Part shown: one piece after another, positions 37,852 to 48,814 of the stretch
Numbering within the stretch: position 1 is the stretch's first letter
How the letters are laid out: each line of letters opens with the position of its first letter
Virus record (IMG/VR): IMGVR_UViG_3300043811_000078
Source of the DNA: an uncultured virus (IMG/VR IMGVR_UViG_3300043811_000078)
Taxonomy: Duplodnaviria > Heunggongvirae > Uroviricota > Caudoviricetes
Strand: one strand, 5' to 3'
Length of the DNA stretch: 63,096 bases
Translations under genes and position numbers: made by a program
The notes under the pieces: model-generated
What the model was told of the DNA's origin: nothing
Databases searched by the model: none
The model's input: only the letters and a program-made list of their open reading frames with translations

Positions 37852-39036
37852 TCATCGTATCGCTTCCCCGAGCCCCGCAATAGCCGCATCGCCGGGCCAC
37901 CGGGAAGCCATCCCCGCGTGAAGCTGGACGAGCATCCCGCGCAGCCGCACCGATCCGGTCGCCTCCGCGATGCCCGCGCACCGCATCGCCACCTCGCACG
38001 CCCGCCCCGGATCCCCGCCGCGCGCGTGCACGGCCGCCAGCCGCACCAGCAGCGTCGACGCCCACGCCGACGACGGCTGATCGCCCGGCAGCCGCGCATA
38101 CCCGCCCTCCAGCGCGCTGACGGCCAGGTCCCGGTAGCGCGGGTCCGGTGCGAGGTAGCCGTAGGCCGCGCCGCGCGCGCACTCGAAATACCACGGGTTC
38201 ATCCAGTACAGCCACGGCGGCAGGCGGCCGAGGTTCCCCGCCAGCTCCGCCGCCTCGGCTAGCTTGCGCTCGGCGCGCAGGCCGTCCCCGGCTGCGGCGT
38301 ACGCGCGGGCTTCCAGGTCGGCGGCATCCGCCCGCTGCCCCGCCGCTGCGCGCCTGTCCCGCTGGGCGGCCTGCGCGAGGCCGATCGCGGAGCCGAGTTC
38401 CCCGGCACCCAGGGCCAGCGAGCCGCGCTGGACGAGGACCGTCGCGGTCATCGTGGCGTCGCCTGCTTCCTGCGCCCATTCGAGGGCCTGCGCGAGGCGC
38501 GCCCGGTCACCGGGACCGTCCCCGGCGTCCCGGCGCAGGTAGGCGGCGAACTGCGCCCACTGCTGGGCGACGCCGATCAGCGCGGGGCGCACGGGGCCGC
38601 GCACATGGCGGACGAGATCCTCGATCTCGCCGAGCTGGGCGAGGACCGGTTTCATGACGGCGGCTGCCCCGACCGCGTCCTCGGCGCGGCGCTGGGCGGC
38701 CAGCACCCCGGCGAGGGATTCCACTGCGGCGGTGTCGATGCGGAGGGGGTGACGCTGCGCCCATTCCAGGCGGCCGGCGTCGAGGACGCCGAGCAGGGGC
38801 GCGCTCGCCAGCGCCGCCGCGCCGGCCAGGACAGAGCGCCGGTTCACGGCGGCCATGAGGGTACCTCCCGCACCGAGGATGTCGTCGAGGACGGCTGCTA
38901 CCCCGGGGGTGGCCGGCTTGACACCTGTGCAGAGCTTGTTGATGTGGCCGCAGTCGTAGTGACTGCGGCGCGCCAGCTCTCGCTGGCTCATGCCGCGTTC
39001 GCGGAGAAGGCGGCATAGCTCGTCGCTGAATGTCAT
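37852..39036 (-). CDS. XRE-family regulator with helical (TPR-like) C-domain
   Basis: GMSQRELARRSHYDCGHINKL; NRRSVL linker typical of actinomycete XRE proteins. Confidence 0.85.
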   Translation of the reverse strand: MTFSDELCRLLRERGMSQRELARRSHYDCGHINKLCTGVKPATPGVAAVLDDILGAGGTLMAAVNRRSVLAGAAALASAPLLGVLDAGRLEWAQRHPLRIDTAAVESLAGVLAAQRRAEDAVGAAAVMKPVLAQLGEIEDLVRHVRGPVRPALIGVAQQWAQFAAYLRRDAGDGPGDRARLAQALEWAQEAGDATMTATVLVQRGSLALGAGELGSAIGLAQAAQRDRRAAAGQRADAADLEARAYAAAGDGLRAERKLAEAAELAGNLGRLPPWLYWMNPWYFECARGAAYGYLAPDPRYRDLAVSALEGGYARLPGDQPSSAWASTLLVRLAAVHARGGDPGRACEVAMRCAGIAEATGSVRLRGMLVQLHAGMASRWPGDAAIAGLGEAIR

Positions 39037-39170
39037 CGCGCGTCCCATTTCGCGAGGTGGTGCTGTCCGCTGTCTCCCGGAGGCGACAGCACGACAGCAC
39101 TGCCAGCTTACGCCCCGTGCGCGATGTGATGCTATGCATCAGCGACGACACCGGGAGGGGCGGCGGCATT

Positions 39171-39869
39171 ATGGCAGCGGAGGGAAACGCTGCGGGGGGT
39201 TCTGCGGAAGTACAGGACGATCTGGAGCACCATGAGATGACGGGCGCCGCGCGGGACGCGGCGCTGGAGGCGCTGGAGTTCAACTGGGGGGATGCGTACG
39301 AGATCGGCTGCGAGGACGGCGAGTGGTGGTTCGGGCGGCGCGACGGGATCGGCGGCCGGGAGAGGGCTGCCGCACCTGACGAGCTGCGCCGGATGATCAT
39401 CGCCGACTACGAGTTCCGGCCGGTGCGCAAGGACGGGCCGCGCGGTGATTGCTTACCCGTGGGACGCCGGCACCGCCTGCGGCGTGACCTATGACCGGCA
39501 GAGATCCCAGCGGGCGGCAGCGGGCGTCCTGCGCGCCGGGAAGGCCGACGAGGCGGTGGTGACGGAGGTGAGCGCCCACCTGGGCACCGTGACCTTGGTG
39601 AGCGGCTTCCTGCCGACCGGGAACCAGTGGCGGGGGCGGTTGCGGTCCGATGGCCCCTGGGTGCGGTGGCGGCAGGACCGGAACGCCCGGTGACAGCCGT
39701 CGCCCCCGACGACCGGGAGCGGGTCAGTCCCGCCGGTCAGGCTGACGACGCCCGGCGGCGGGCGTTCGAACTGCTGAACGCCCGGACGCTGCTGGCGGTC
39801 GCCGAGTGCGCCGCGAACCGAGGCGACATGCGGGAAGCTGCTGCCGCCCGGCGGGCCATCGGCGACTGA
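39171..39869 (+). other. Three small hypothetical ORFs divergent from the XRE gene (39171-39494, 39445-39693, 39690-39869)
   Basis: LEFNWGDAYEI..PDELRRMIIADY; overlapping ORFs. Confidence 0.5.
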
Positions 39870-39906
39870 AGACCGAAGAGAACACGCGACAGCCTGAGGA
39901 GGCACA

Positions 39907-40788
39907 GTGCCATCGTTAACGCCAGTGACAGAACTGCGGGTAGCGTCCGCGAACCTCGAGCGCGGCGGCCTCGGCGACGACGGGGCGTCCCGGTGGGAAG
40001 CCAGCATGACGGCGCTGGCCGAATGGGACCCGCACGTCGTGCTTCTCCAGGAGATGAGCGCCCGGGAGCCGTGGCGGCTGGCCGCCCACCTGTACCGGAC
40101 CGCGAACGCGCTCGGCATGACCCCTGTACTCGGGCCGCCGATGCCGGGCGCTGCCGGAGGGCATCATCCCGCGATCCTCGTCGCGGGCGGCCTGCGCATC
40201 ATCGACTCGGGTCCCCCGGAACTGCCGGGGCTGTTCCCGGCCTGGTGCCAGGCAACGGTCGAGATACCTGGCATCCCGTATCCCGTCACGTGCGTCAGCG
40301 TGCACCTGCCGTCCCGGTCGGCGCTGGCGCAGCTCGCGCAGGGGCAGCACCTGGCCAGCATGCTCGCCCAGCGCGGCGGCGCGGCCGTCGCCGGCGGAGA
40401 CTGGAACGGGCTCGCGCCCGGCGGCAACCTCGCGGGCCTGGAGAACGAATTGCCTCTGCACCTGCGCAACGCCCGGACCCTGGTCATCCCCGGCGACAAC
40501 GGGTACCTGCTGGAACCGGACTACTCGGTGCATCACGCGCTGGCAGTAACGGGGCTCACCGACGCGGCCGCGGCGCTGCCGCCGGAACACCGCGAGCCTC
40601 CCGTGCTCGCGTCGACGGGCGTGCTCGGCCGGGGCCGGATCGACCGGTTCTACCTCACACCGGAACTGACACCGGCGCTGACGGGATACGTGCAGCGCGA
40701 CACCGGCGGCAGTGATCATCTCGCGCTGATGATCAGCCTCAGCCTCGAAGCGATGGGCATCGCCACTCCTGGCGGGCCGGTGCCGTGA
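39907..40788 (+). CDS. Endonuclease/exonuclease/phosphatase (EEP) family protein
   Basis: ASANL, VVLLQE, SVHL, GGDWN, RIDRFY, SDH. Confidence 0.9.
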   Translation: MPSLTPVTELRVASANLERGGLGDDGASRWEASMTALAEWDPHVVLLQEMSAREPWRLAAHLYRTANALGMTPVLGPPMPGAAGGHHPAILVAGGLRIIDSGPPELPGLFPAWCQATVEIPGIPYPVTCVSVHLPSRSALAQLAQGQHLASMLAQRGGAAVAGGDWNGLAPGGNLAGLENELPLHLRNARTLVIPGDNGYLLEPDYSVHHALAVTGLTDAAAALPPEHREPPVLASTGVLGRGRIDRFYLTPELTPALTGYVQRDTGGSDHLALMISLSLEAMGIATPGGPVP

Positions 40789-41066
40789 TGTCGACGCCAG
40801 AGCCTCCGCCATCCCCACATCCATCAGTGGACCCGGATCAGCGATGACGTCTGGTCGTGCCCGTGCGGCCGCCGCCCGGTCACCCTGGTCCCCGTGCCAG
40901 CGGGCGGCGGCCCCTCGATAGCGGGAGCGGGACAATCACCGAGAAGAGGAGGATCCGTGCGAGGACCCGACGAGACAGACGAGACGGACGACGAACCGGA
41001 ACCAGCTGCGGTGCCGGAGTGCGAGCGCGACTTGCCTGGCGACGGCCTGATCGGCATCATGTAGAC

Positions 41067-41219
41067 CCCGGCCCGGGGATTCACCCGCTCGAATCCCCGG
41101 GCCGGGCATGACGGGGCACCGTCGCGAAGCGTGCCAGGTCCCCAGACGGGTACGCGGCCGGGCGGTGCCTCCCCGGAACGCCCCCGTGTGCCCAACCTCG
41201 CCGGGGGCGTTCCCCTTTT
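41067..41219 (+). terminator. Two strong hairpins, the second with a T tail
   Basis: 16-bp stem 41067-41082/41091-41106; GAACGCCCCCG..CGGGGGCGTTC followed by CCCTTTT. Confidence 0.55.
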
Positions 41220-41337
41220 CAGCGATCCCGCAGCCTCTTCACAGAATGCGACGGAGCGGGACAGGATAGTGACGTGCGCCGCGCCCGGACCCGCGCGGCA
41301 TCCCCGCTGCACCACTCACGAGAGGACTGCCAGGGCC

Positions 41338-42141
41338 ATGGCCGCCACGCGCCCCGAGAGGCACGACCACCGCGAGACGGATACGACGAGACCGAACGTG
41401 GCGCGCATATACAACTACCTCGCCGGGGGGTCCACGCACTTCGCGGCCGACCGGCGCGCGGCCGAGCTGATCCGCGAGGCCAACCCCGACGTGACCGCCG
41501 TCGCGAGGGACAACAAGGCGTGGACGGCACGGGCGGTCCGGTGGGCAGCGCACCAGGGGATCGCGCAGGTCCTCGACCTCGGCGCGGGACTTCCGCTGGA
41601 CCCGATGCCGCACCAGGTCGCCCGCGAGGTCATCCCGTCGGCGCTGACCGCCTACGTCGACAACGACCCGGTGGCCGCCGAGCACCTGGCCGCCCTCGCC
41701 GCCGAGGAGGGGCCGGCGGTCGCGGCCGTCGACGCGGACCTGACCGGCACCGGGGCCGTGCTCGCGCTGGCCGGGGAGACCCTCGATTTCAGCGAGCCGG
41801 CGTGCGTGCTCATCGCGTCCGTCCTGCACTTCATGAGCCCCGCGGAGGCACGGCGGATCGTCAGCGCCTACGCCGCTGCCGTGGCTCCCGGATCGTGCAT
41901 CGCGCTGTCGGCCGGGTACGCCCGCGACGCGGCGCGGATTCCCCGGCTCCGGGAAACCTACGAGGCGGCGCAGGTGCACAACCACTCGCCGCAGGCCCTG
42001 GCGTCGTTCCTGGCCGGCCTGGACATCGTTCCCCCCGGAGTGGTCCCGGCACGCCGCTGGCGGGGCGACTGGGGGCCGTCAGCGCCCGCGCCCGCGGCCG
42101 TGATGGAGGTGCTGGCCGCGGTGGCGGTCAAGCGCCGCTAG
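41338..42141 (+). CDS. SAM-dependent methyltransferase (Methyltransf_19/DUF574-type)
   Basis: PNVARIYNYLAGGSTHFAADR, VLDLGAGLP, YVDNDP. Confidence 0.9.
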   Translation: MAATRPERHDHRETDTTRPNVARIYNYLAGGSTHFAADRRAAELIREANPDVTAVARDNKAWTARAVRWAAHQGIAQVLDLGAGLPLDPMPHQVAREVIPSALTAYVDNDPVAAEHLAALAAEEGPAVAAVDADLTGTGAVLALAGETLDFSEPACVLIASVLHFMSPAEARRIVSAYAAAVAPGSCIALSAGYARDAARIPRLRETYEAAQVHNHSPQALASFLAGLDIVPPGVVPARRWRGDWGPSAPAPAAVMEVLAAVAVKRR

Positions 42142-43013
42142 GCGGCGTGGCGGGGGCGCCTGCGGTGCGCCCCGCGGACGGCCCGGACAGGGACCGTCGC
42201 CGAAGCGCTGGCCGCAGGCGACGGGGATGCGGCCGCCGTGACGACGGCGGACGGGACCGGGGAGGCGCTGACGCGGACACTGGCGGACGCCCGGACCGGC
42301 AGCGGGGGCGCGACGGGAGCCGCCACGGTGGCCTTGGCCTTGACCGCCGCGGGCGTTGCTTTCGCCGGCGCGCACACGGAGACCGCGTGAGCATCCTCGT
42401 GCTGCCGCGGCGTGAGCACGGCGGGATCTCCCGGCGCGGGAGCCGTCGCGGCCGCGACGATGACGGCGCGGGCAGGCTCCGGGGAGTGGCCCGGAGCGCT
42501 CAGCCACACCAGTCCGGGCACGGCGAGCCCGGCGACGCCGACAGCGACCCCGGTCATCGCGGCCGGGCCCGCGTGGGCGGCATGGACCGCGGCGCGGCGC
42601 GCGGCGAGAGCCGCGGCGGGGATGACGACCGCGGAGAGCAGCCGCAGGTCCGGGCGCTGCGGTTCTGCGGCATGGCGGGGACGCCTGCCGGCCGGCGCGG
42701 CGGGGGCCTGCCGGGCCCGCTGATCGGCGTAGTCGACGCCCATGTCGAACGCCTCAGCGGCGACCTCGGATACCCCGCCGAAGGCCCGGATGCCCATGGT
42801 GAGCCGCTCCAGTGCCGCCGCCGTGTCGGCGAGCTGCCCGGCGGCGGTCAGGCGGGGGCCGCCCTCGCAGGCCGCGAACGCCGTCTCGGCGCGCTCGAGC
42901 GCGGCGCGGTTGCGCTCGAGCGCGGCCATGATCTGCCGCATGAGCCGTTCCTGCGCGTAACGGCCGGTCTCTTCCTCGGGTCCGGGCACCGCAGGCCGCG
43001 ATCGTCCCGTCAT
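42138..43013 (-). CDS. Hypothetical membrane-anchored Pro/Ala-rich protein
   Basis: Hydrophobic segment and low-complexity tail; downstream of the repressor. Confidence 0.4.
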   Translation of the reverse strand: MTGRSRPAVPGPEEETGRYAQERLMRQIMAALERNRAALERAETAFAACEGGPRLTAAGQLADTAAALERLTMGIRAFGGVSEVAAEAFDMGVDYADQRARQAPAAPAGRRPRHAAEPQRPDLRLLSAVVIPAAALAARRAAVHAAHAGPAAMTGVAVGVAGLAVPGLVWLSAPGHSPEPARAVIVAAATAPAPGDPAVLTPRQHEDAHAVSVCAPAKATPAAVKAKATVAAPVAPPLPVRASASVRVSASPVPSAVVTAAASPSPAASASATVPVRAVRGAHRRRPRHAA

Positions 43014-43126
43014 AGGTCCCCCCCTCAGGTACCCCCGCGCCCCGCGGTGCCGCTCCCTCCGGGGCGGCTGGTGCGGCGCGGTTGTGCAGTTGCCTGCCTG
43101 TCAGTCGCGCATCATTGCCTGATTGT

Positions 43127-43717
43127 TCACGTGTTTTGCCCCATCGTTACATTGCCGCCGGCTAACTGGGCACGGCGGCGCGCGCGGGTGTCGTGAGCCG
43201 CGACCCGCGCCCTGAAGTTCGCGATCTCCGCCGCCTTCCTGCCGGAGTCCCACTGCTGGCGCAGGATGACGGATTCGACGGAGTCCGCGGGCGTGAACGT
43301 CCCGGCGTCGATTGCCGCGGCGATGATGTCCGCGTCGGTGCGGAGCGCGGCATCGGTGGCGTCGACGAGGTAGAGACGCACGTCGGAGGGATCGTCCGGT
43401 CTCGGTGGCGGCTCCGGCTCGGCCGCGGGCTCGCGGCGCAGGATCTCCCGCAGCACCTCCGCGGCGTCCCGGCGCTGGCCCTCGGTTTCGAGCTGCTCGG
43501 GGGTGATGCCGAGGTGGCGGGCGACGCGGGCCAGCGTTCCCGGTTTCGCGTGGACCACCTTGGCGACGTCGCCGCGTGTCTCGTACCCGCCGGCGATCTG
43601 GGACAGGCGCGCCTTGCTGATGCCCGCTCTCGCGGCGGCCTCTCTGGCCGTGAAGCCTGCGGCGTCCAGTGCCACGCGGATGAGCGCGGCCTCAGGCGGC
43701 GGCGGCGGTTTTTCCAT
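43127..43717 (-). CDS. CI-like XRE immunity repressor
   Basis: FTAREAAARAGISKARLSQIAGG; divergent from the Cro-like gene. Confidence 0.75.
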   Translation of the reverse strand: MEKPPPPPEAALIRVALDAAGFTAREAAARAGISKARLSQIAGGYETRGDVAKVVHAKPGTLARVARHLGITPEQLETEGQRRDAAEVLREILRREPAAEPEPPPRPDDPSDVRLYLVDATDAALRTDADIIAAAIDAGTFTPADSVESVILRQQWDSGRKAAEIANFRARVAAHDTRARRRAQLAGGNVTMGQNT

Positions 43718-43740
43718 GGCCTGCTTGACTTCCCATCGCT

Positions 43741-43863
43741 AACTGTCCGAACTAGGTCCGAACGCTACTACCTTCGCCCCCCGATATCCAGTTACCCGCG
43801 CGTTACGAGAAAACTGAACGAAACATCTTGCGTTCGGACTCAGTTATGGCTACTTTGATCAGC
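43741..43863. promoter_or_regulatory. Lysis/lysogeny switch promoter-operator region
   Basis: Two GTCCGAAC copies at 43745-43763 and an inverted GTTCGGAC at 43832; TTGCGT-N17-TACTTT ends 7 nt before ATG 43864. Confidence 0.6.
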
Positions 43864-44112
43864 ATGAGCGATCACCCCGAGAGCGTCAAGACCGCGGCAC
43901 CCCGGGAACTCAGCCAGGATCCCACCCGGCTGATCCGCCGGCGCTTCGAAGCGGGAATGACCCTCCGTCAGGCAGCGGCGAAGGCCGGATGTTCCTACAG
44001 TCACCTCTCTGAGCTCGAACGCGGCACCCACTCGGCGCGCGTCACGACACTGGTCACCCTCGCCGGCACGTACGGCTGCAAGGTCGCCGACCTGATGCCG
44101 GTGGCCGCGTGA
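43864..44112 (+). CDS. Cro-like XRE protein
   Basis: GMTLRQAAAKAGCSYSHLSELERG. Confidence 0.8.
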   Translation: MSDHPESVKTAAPRELSQDPTRLIRRRFEAGMTLRQAAAKAGCSYSHLSELERGTHSARVTTLVTLAGTYGCKVADLMPVAA

Positions 44113-44591
44113 GCGACCGCACCTGGCAGGACATGCCCGGCTGGCTCCAGTTCGAGGTCCGCCTGCACCGCGCCCGCGCGGTCGCGGCCGGGCTGGACGA
44201 GACGGCCGAGGACGCCGTCGCCGCCATCACGGGCAAGGTGCTCGCCGACGACCCCGAGTTCGCCCGCCTCCTCGTCGCCCGCTTCGTCCGCTCCCTCGTC
44301 CGCGCCGCCCCGGCCGCCGGGAAGAGGCCGGCGACCGAGAAGCAGGAGAAGAAGGCCCGCGAGCGCAGGCGGCTCGCGCAGGAGTGCGCCGCCCTCGCTG
44401 ACGGCGGCATGACGCTCCGCGAGATCGGGCGGGCGAAGGGCATCAGCCACCAGACGGCCGCGAATCTCATCAGCGAATGGCTGATGTCGGTCGACTCGAC
44501 CATCTCCCGTCAAGACTCCCCGTCAAAATCCGCCACGGATTTGACGGCGGATTTTGACACGAACGTCGTCCCCCTCCGGAGGCCCGCATGA
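44109..44591 (+). CDS. HTH DNA-binding protein
   Basis: GMTLREIGRAKGISHQTAANLI. Confidence 0.6.
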   Translation: MSDRTWQDMPGWLQFEVRLHRARAVAAGLDETAEDAVAAITGKVLADDPEFARLLVARFVRSLVRAAPAAGKRPATEKQEKKARERRRLAQECAALADGGMTLREIGRAKGISHQTAANLISEWLMSVDSTISRQDSPSKSATDLTADFDTNVVPLRRPA

Positions 44592-46283
44592 AGACCCCGC
44601 CATGGCTCGCGACCGCGATCGCCGGGAACGGCGCCGCAGTCCTCGGCGGCCAGAAGACCCGCGCCGAGGCCGACGCCGACGTGATCAAGACGGTGAACGA
44701 CCACCCCGGGTACCTCGCCGACCTCGGTGCCACGGAGGCCCTCCGCCTGCTCAGCAGGTGGGTCGCCGAGCACACCAGCGGCGGCGACCTCTTCCAGGCG
44801 CAGATGTTCCCCGACCTCCCCGCCACCCTCCGGGTCACCCCGAAGAAGGCGTCCGAGGTCGCGTCGATGACCGCGCACGACCTCGACAGCGCCCGGAACA
44901 TCCTCTGGGCGCGCACCGAGAACCAGATGAACGGGGCACGGGAAGCAGCCGAGCGGGAGCGGGCTGCATTCCTGGCCTTCTATGACAAGGTCCGCCCGCT
45001 GCTCGCGGACGGCAAGACGGTCGGCGAGGTCCTCCCCGGGCTGGCCGCTAAGGACGCCGGCGCGGAGAGCGCCGCCTAACGAATTAAAGCCGGGACGAGT
45101 GACCGTCCCGGCACCGGACACACCGGCAAACCCACGATAACTGACTGATTGAAAGGACACACCGGGATGACGACTACTCCCACGTCAGCGGCTTGCGCTG
45201 ACACCCTCGCCGACGACGTGCGCCGCTTCGCCGATTTCGTCGCCGCCCACGATCACGACGAGGACATCGTGATCCAGAAGCGGGTACCCGGCTCCACGGT
45301 CGCCGAGCGGCTGGAGCGGCTCCGGCTGATCGCCGAGGACTGGGGCGTGCGGACCGGCCGTGACGGCAACGGCGTGCAGATCGCGGAGAGGCGGTTCGGG
45401 CACGTCCGCTACGTCGCCTGCGTCGACCCGTACGTCACCGAGCGGGCCGCGGGGACGCTGGAGGCACAGCGGGAGATCGCTGACGAGCGGGCGCGCATCG
45501 CGGCGCTGAAGGCGGCTGCGGCATGAACACTCCGTTCAGCAGGCGCGGCAGGCACGTCGCAGGCCCCGGCAAGCCTGACGGGCACCGGGAGCACCCCGCG
45601 GACGAGATGCCGCTCCCGGCCCCCCCTGCCGAAGAGGAAACCCCGTCCGGGCAGCTCAACGCGGCGATGACGGCAGACCTTCCCGGTGCCCCGGAGCTGC
45701 CGCGCCGCGTGACCCCGGTGTACCTGTCGACCATCGGCCCGGACGGGTCGCTGGGGGCGCGGATGCCGCTGGCCGGCGCCATGAAGGGCGTGATCCGGAC
45801 CTGCCCGGACGGCTCTGTCGTGGCCGGCGTGATCCTCGGGCAGAACAAGAACCTGCGCTACGTCGTGGAGTACAGCACGGACGCGCAGCTTGACGCGGCC
45901 CTCGCGGCGCTGATGCAGGCGAGGGATGCCCGCGCCGGCGAACTGGCGCTGAGTGCGGAGGCGGCGGAGTTCACGCCGACGGGCCGCACCGTCGAGGTTG
46001 ACGGCCTCGCCGACGCCGGGGAGGTGCACGGGTGAACGTCATGACCGGGCTGCCGCTGAAGGCCAGGATGCTCGCCCTCATCGATGACGCGATCGCCGGG
46101 CGCGAGCCGGACACCTACGGCTGCGCCGGCTGCCGCGACGCCGCCGGGGACCGGTGCGAGGGCCACGGCAATGACGCCGCCGACACGGCGGCCTACCAGG
46201 AGATGCGCCGCGCGGTCGAGGCCGCGCAGGACGCCGGGGAGATCATCGCGGCCCTCGGGCTGCGGGCAGGGGGGACGGAATGA
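44588..46283 (+). other. Early hypothetical genes (44588-45079, 45167-45526, 45523-46035, 46032-46283)
   Basis: Coupled + strand ORFs in the early operon. Confidence 0.55.
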
Positions 46284-47209
46284 GCGAGACGACTGTGCCG
46301 GGAAGCCTGTTCGAGGCGCTGGCCGCCCTTCAGACCCGGCTGCCGAAGATCGGCAAGGGCGAGACGGCCAAGGTTCCCGGCAAGGACGGGAAGCAGGGTT
46401 ACACCTACAAGTACGCCGACCTGGCCGACGTGAGCGCGGAAGTGCTGCCCCTCATGGGGGCGCTCGGGCTGTCGTTCACGTCCCGCCCGACGCTGATCGA
46501 CGGGCAGTTCGTTCTCGCCTACTCGCTGATGCACGTGGCGGGCGAGCGCGAGGACGGCATGTACCCGCTGCCATCAGGCGGCTCGCCGCAGCAGATCGGC
46601 TCCGCGATCACGTACGCGCGCCGGTACTGCCTGTGCGCCGTGACCGGCGTGGCGCCGGACAGCGACGACGACGACGCGGCCGCCGCCGAGGACCGGCACC
46701 AGCGATCGGCGGGCGACGTGTTCGATAACGCGGTCCCGGCACAGCGCCCGGCGAACGGCCGCGGCCCGCGTTCAGGGCGCGCCTCCGCCGAGGCGCCACA
46801 GGAGACGCAGGCCGCCGCCGATCAGGGATGGCTTGACGACGCGCTCGCCCGTGCCGCGAGCATCCCCGACGCCCAAGGCTGCCGGGCGCTCTGGAAGGAA
46901 TCCGCCGAGAAGGCCCACGCGGGGCAGTGCACGAAGGACGACGCCCTGCGCGTCCAGGAGATCCTCCGGGCGCGCATCGAGGACCTCGGGCGCGCCGCGC
47001 AGCAGAGGGCCGCCGTACTGGATCCGGAGGACCCGTGGTCGGCGAAGGTCGAGGGACTCGCAGGCGACGAGGAAGCAGCAGCCGCAGTCGCGGAACTGAG
47101 GGAGCTGTTCCAGGGCGGCCAGATGGACGCCGCCCGCGCGGACCGCATCTTCGCCGCGATCCGCGCCCGCTTCCCGCAGGCCGCAGACGAGGCGAGGAAG
47201 GCGGCGTGA
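46280..47209 (+). CDS. erf: ERF-family single-strand annealing recombinase
   Basis: YKYADLADV, PQQIGSAITYARRY, GVAPDSDDDD. Confidence 0.9.
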   Translation: MSETTVPGSLFEALAALQTRLPKIGKGETAKVPGKDGKQGYTYKYADLADVSAEVLPLMGALGLSFTSRPTLIDGQFVLAYSLMHVAGEREDGMYPLPSGGSPQQIGSAITYARRYCLCAVTGVAPDSDDDDAAAAEDRHQRSAGDVFDNAVPAQRPANGRGPRSGRASAEAPQETQAAADQGWLDDALARAASIPDAQGCRALWKESAEKAHAGQCTKDDALRVQEILRARIEDLGRAAQQRAAVLDPEDPWSAKVEGLAGDEEAAAAVAELRELFQGGQMDAARADRIFAAIRARFPQAADEARKAA

Positions 47210-48203
47210 CCGAGATGACACCCCGCCAGCACGCGCTGAGGGTCGCCGCCCTGGAGGCCCTCGGCAAGGCGGTGGAAGCCGAGTACGCGAAGGCGCGCAA
47301 GGCCGCCGAGCCGGTGTTCCGGGTGGTCCGCACCGTGGACGGCCACCCGCAGCAGGCGGTCACCCTCCCGGACGGATCGGAGATCGGCATGATCTCCATC
47401 AAGGACGGCTCGGAGTCCGTGACCGTTGCCGAGAGCACGCTGATGGCATGGTTCCGGGAGCACAACCCGGAGGCGATCGAGGAGTACGTGATCACGTCCG
47501 CGTGGTCGGACGCGGAGATCATCGCCATGGTCAAGGCATGCTTCCCTGGCACCGTCCGGGAGCGGATCCGCCCGGCGAACCGCGAGGCGCTGCTGAAAGA
47601 GCTGATCGACAGCGGCGGCAAGCTCATCGACGAGGAAACCGGGGACACCCTGCTCGCCGAGATCGAGCACCACAGGCCGACCGGGTCGTTCGCCTTCAAC
47701 GGGCGCGGGGCGAAGGAGCGCCGCGAGCAGATCATGGCCGCGTGGCAGGCCGGTGAGCTGGCGGGCATCGAGCTGGGGGCGCTCGCCCTCCCGGCCGCCG
47801 GTGACGAGGCGGACGACCGGGAGCCGGAGACGGGAGCGCGGGAATGATGAGCGCGCCCGGTCTCGGCGACATCGCCGCCCGGCTCTCCGACCTGTCCCGG
47901 CAACTCGACAAGGCCACCAGCGGCGCCGACGTGCTCGACCGCAAGGCGGTCACGACGCGGCACGCCTACGAACTCGCCTACTCGCGGGCGTTCCTGTCCG
48001 CCGAAGGCGCGATGGACGTCCGCAAGCACAAGGCGGTCCTGGCGACGGCGACGGAGAAGCTCGACGCGGAGATCGCCGAGCAGGTGCTCCGGGCCTGCCG
48101 CGGGCGTATCGCCACCATCAAGGTCCAGATCGAGACAGGCCGGTCCCTCAGCGCCGCGATGCGCGCTGAGGTGTCGCTGGCCGGGAGCGGGATCATGCCA
48201 TGA
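47206..48203 (+). other. Two hypothetical genes (47206-47847, 47844-48203)
   Basis: Coupled ORFs after erf. Confidence 0.55.
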
Positions 48204-48814
48204 CGCGCCTCTGCTTCATCGACACCGAGACGACCAGTCTCCGTCCCGATCGCCGCGCCTGGGAAGTGGGTCTCATCGTCCGCGACGGGCGCGGGGCCGG
48301 CGAGGAGTACCGCTGGTTCGTTCGCGCCGGTGACCTCGACCTGGGCAACGCGGAGCCGTCCGCGCTGAAGGTCGGCCGGTTCTATGAGCGCCACCCGGAC
48401 TACTCCGCTGCCGCCGCGTCGCAAGGCTGCGTGCCCGAGGAGTATGTCCTCACGCAGGTCGAGCAGCTCACCCGCGGCGCGCACCTCGCCGGCGCGGTCG
48501 TGAGCTTCGACGCCGGCGTGCTCGGCACGAGGATGCGGGCGCACGGCATCCTCCCGTCGTGGCATTACCACCTGATCGACGTGGAGGCGCTGGCAGCCGG
48601 GTGGCTGCACCGCAACGCCGCCGTGCTGGAGAACCGCCAGGCGACCCTTGAAGAGGGGAGCTGGCAGCGGCACCTGGCTACGCCGCCGTGGAGTTCGGAC
48701 GAGCTGTCAGCCGCTCTCGGCGTGACGGTCAGCGACGAGGACCGTCATACCGCGCTCGGTGACGCGAAGTGGGCGATGGCGCTCTATGACGCGGTGACGG
48801 GGCGTGCGGCGTGA
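48200..48814 (+). CDS. DnaQ-like DEDDh 3'-5' exonuclease
   Basis: FIDTETT, SFD, HTALGDA. Confidence 0.8.
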   Translation: MTRLCFIDTETTSLRPDRRAWEVGLIVRDGRGAGEEYRWFVRAGDLDLGNAEPSALKVGRFYERHPDYSAAAASQGCVPEEYVLTQVEQLTRGAHLAGAVVSFDAGVLGTRMRAHGILPSWHYHLIDVEALAAGWLHRNAAVLENRQATLEEGSWQRHLATPPWSSDELSAALGVTVSDEDRHTALGDAKWAMALYDAVTGRAA

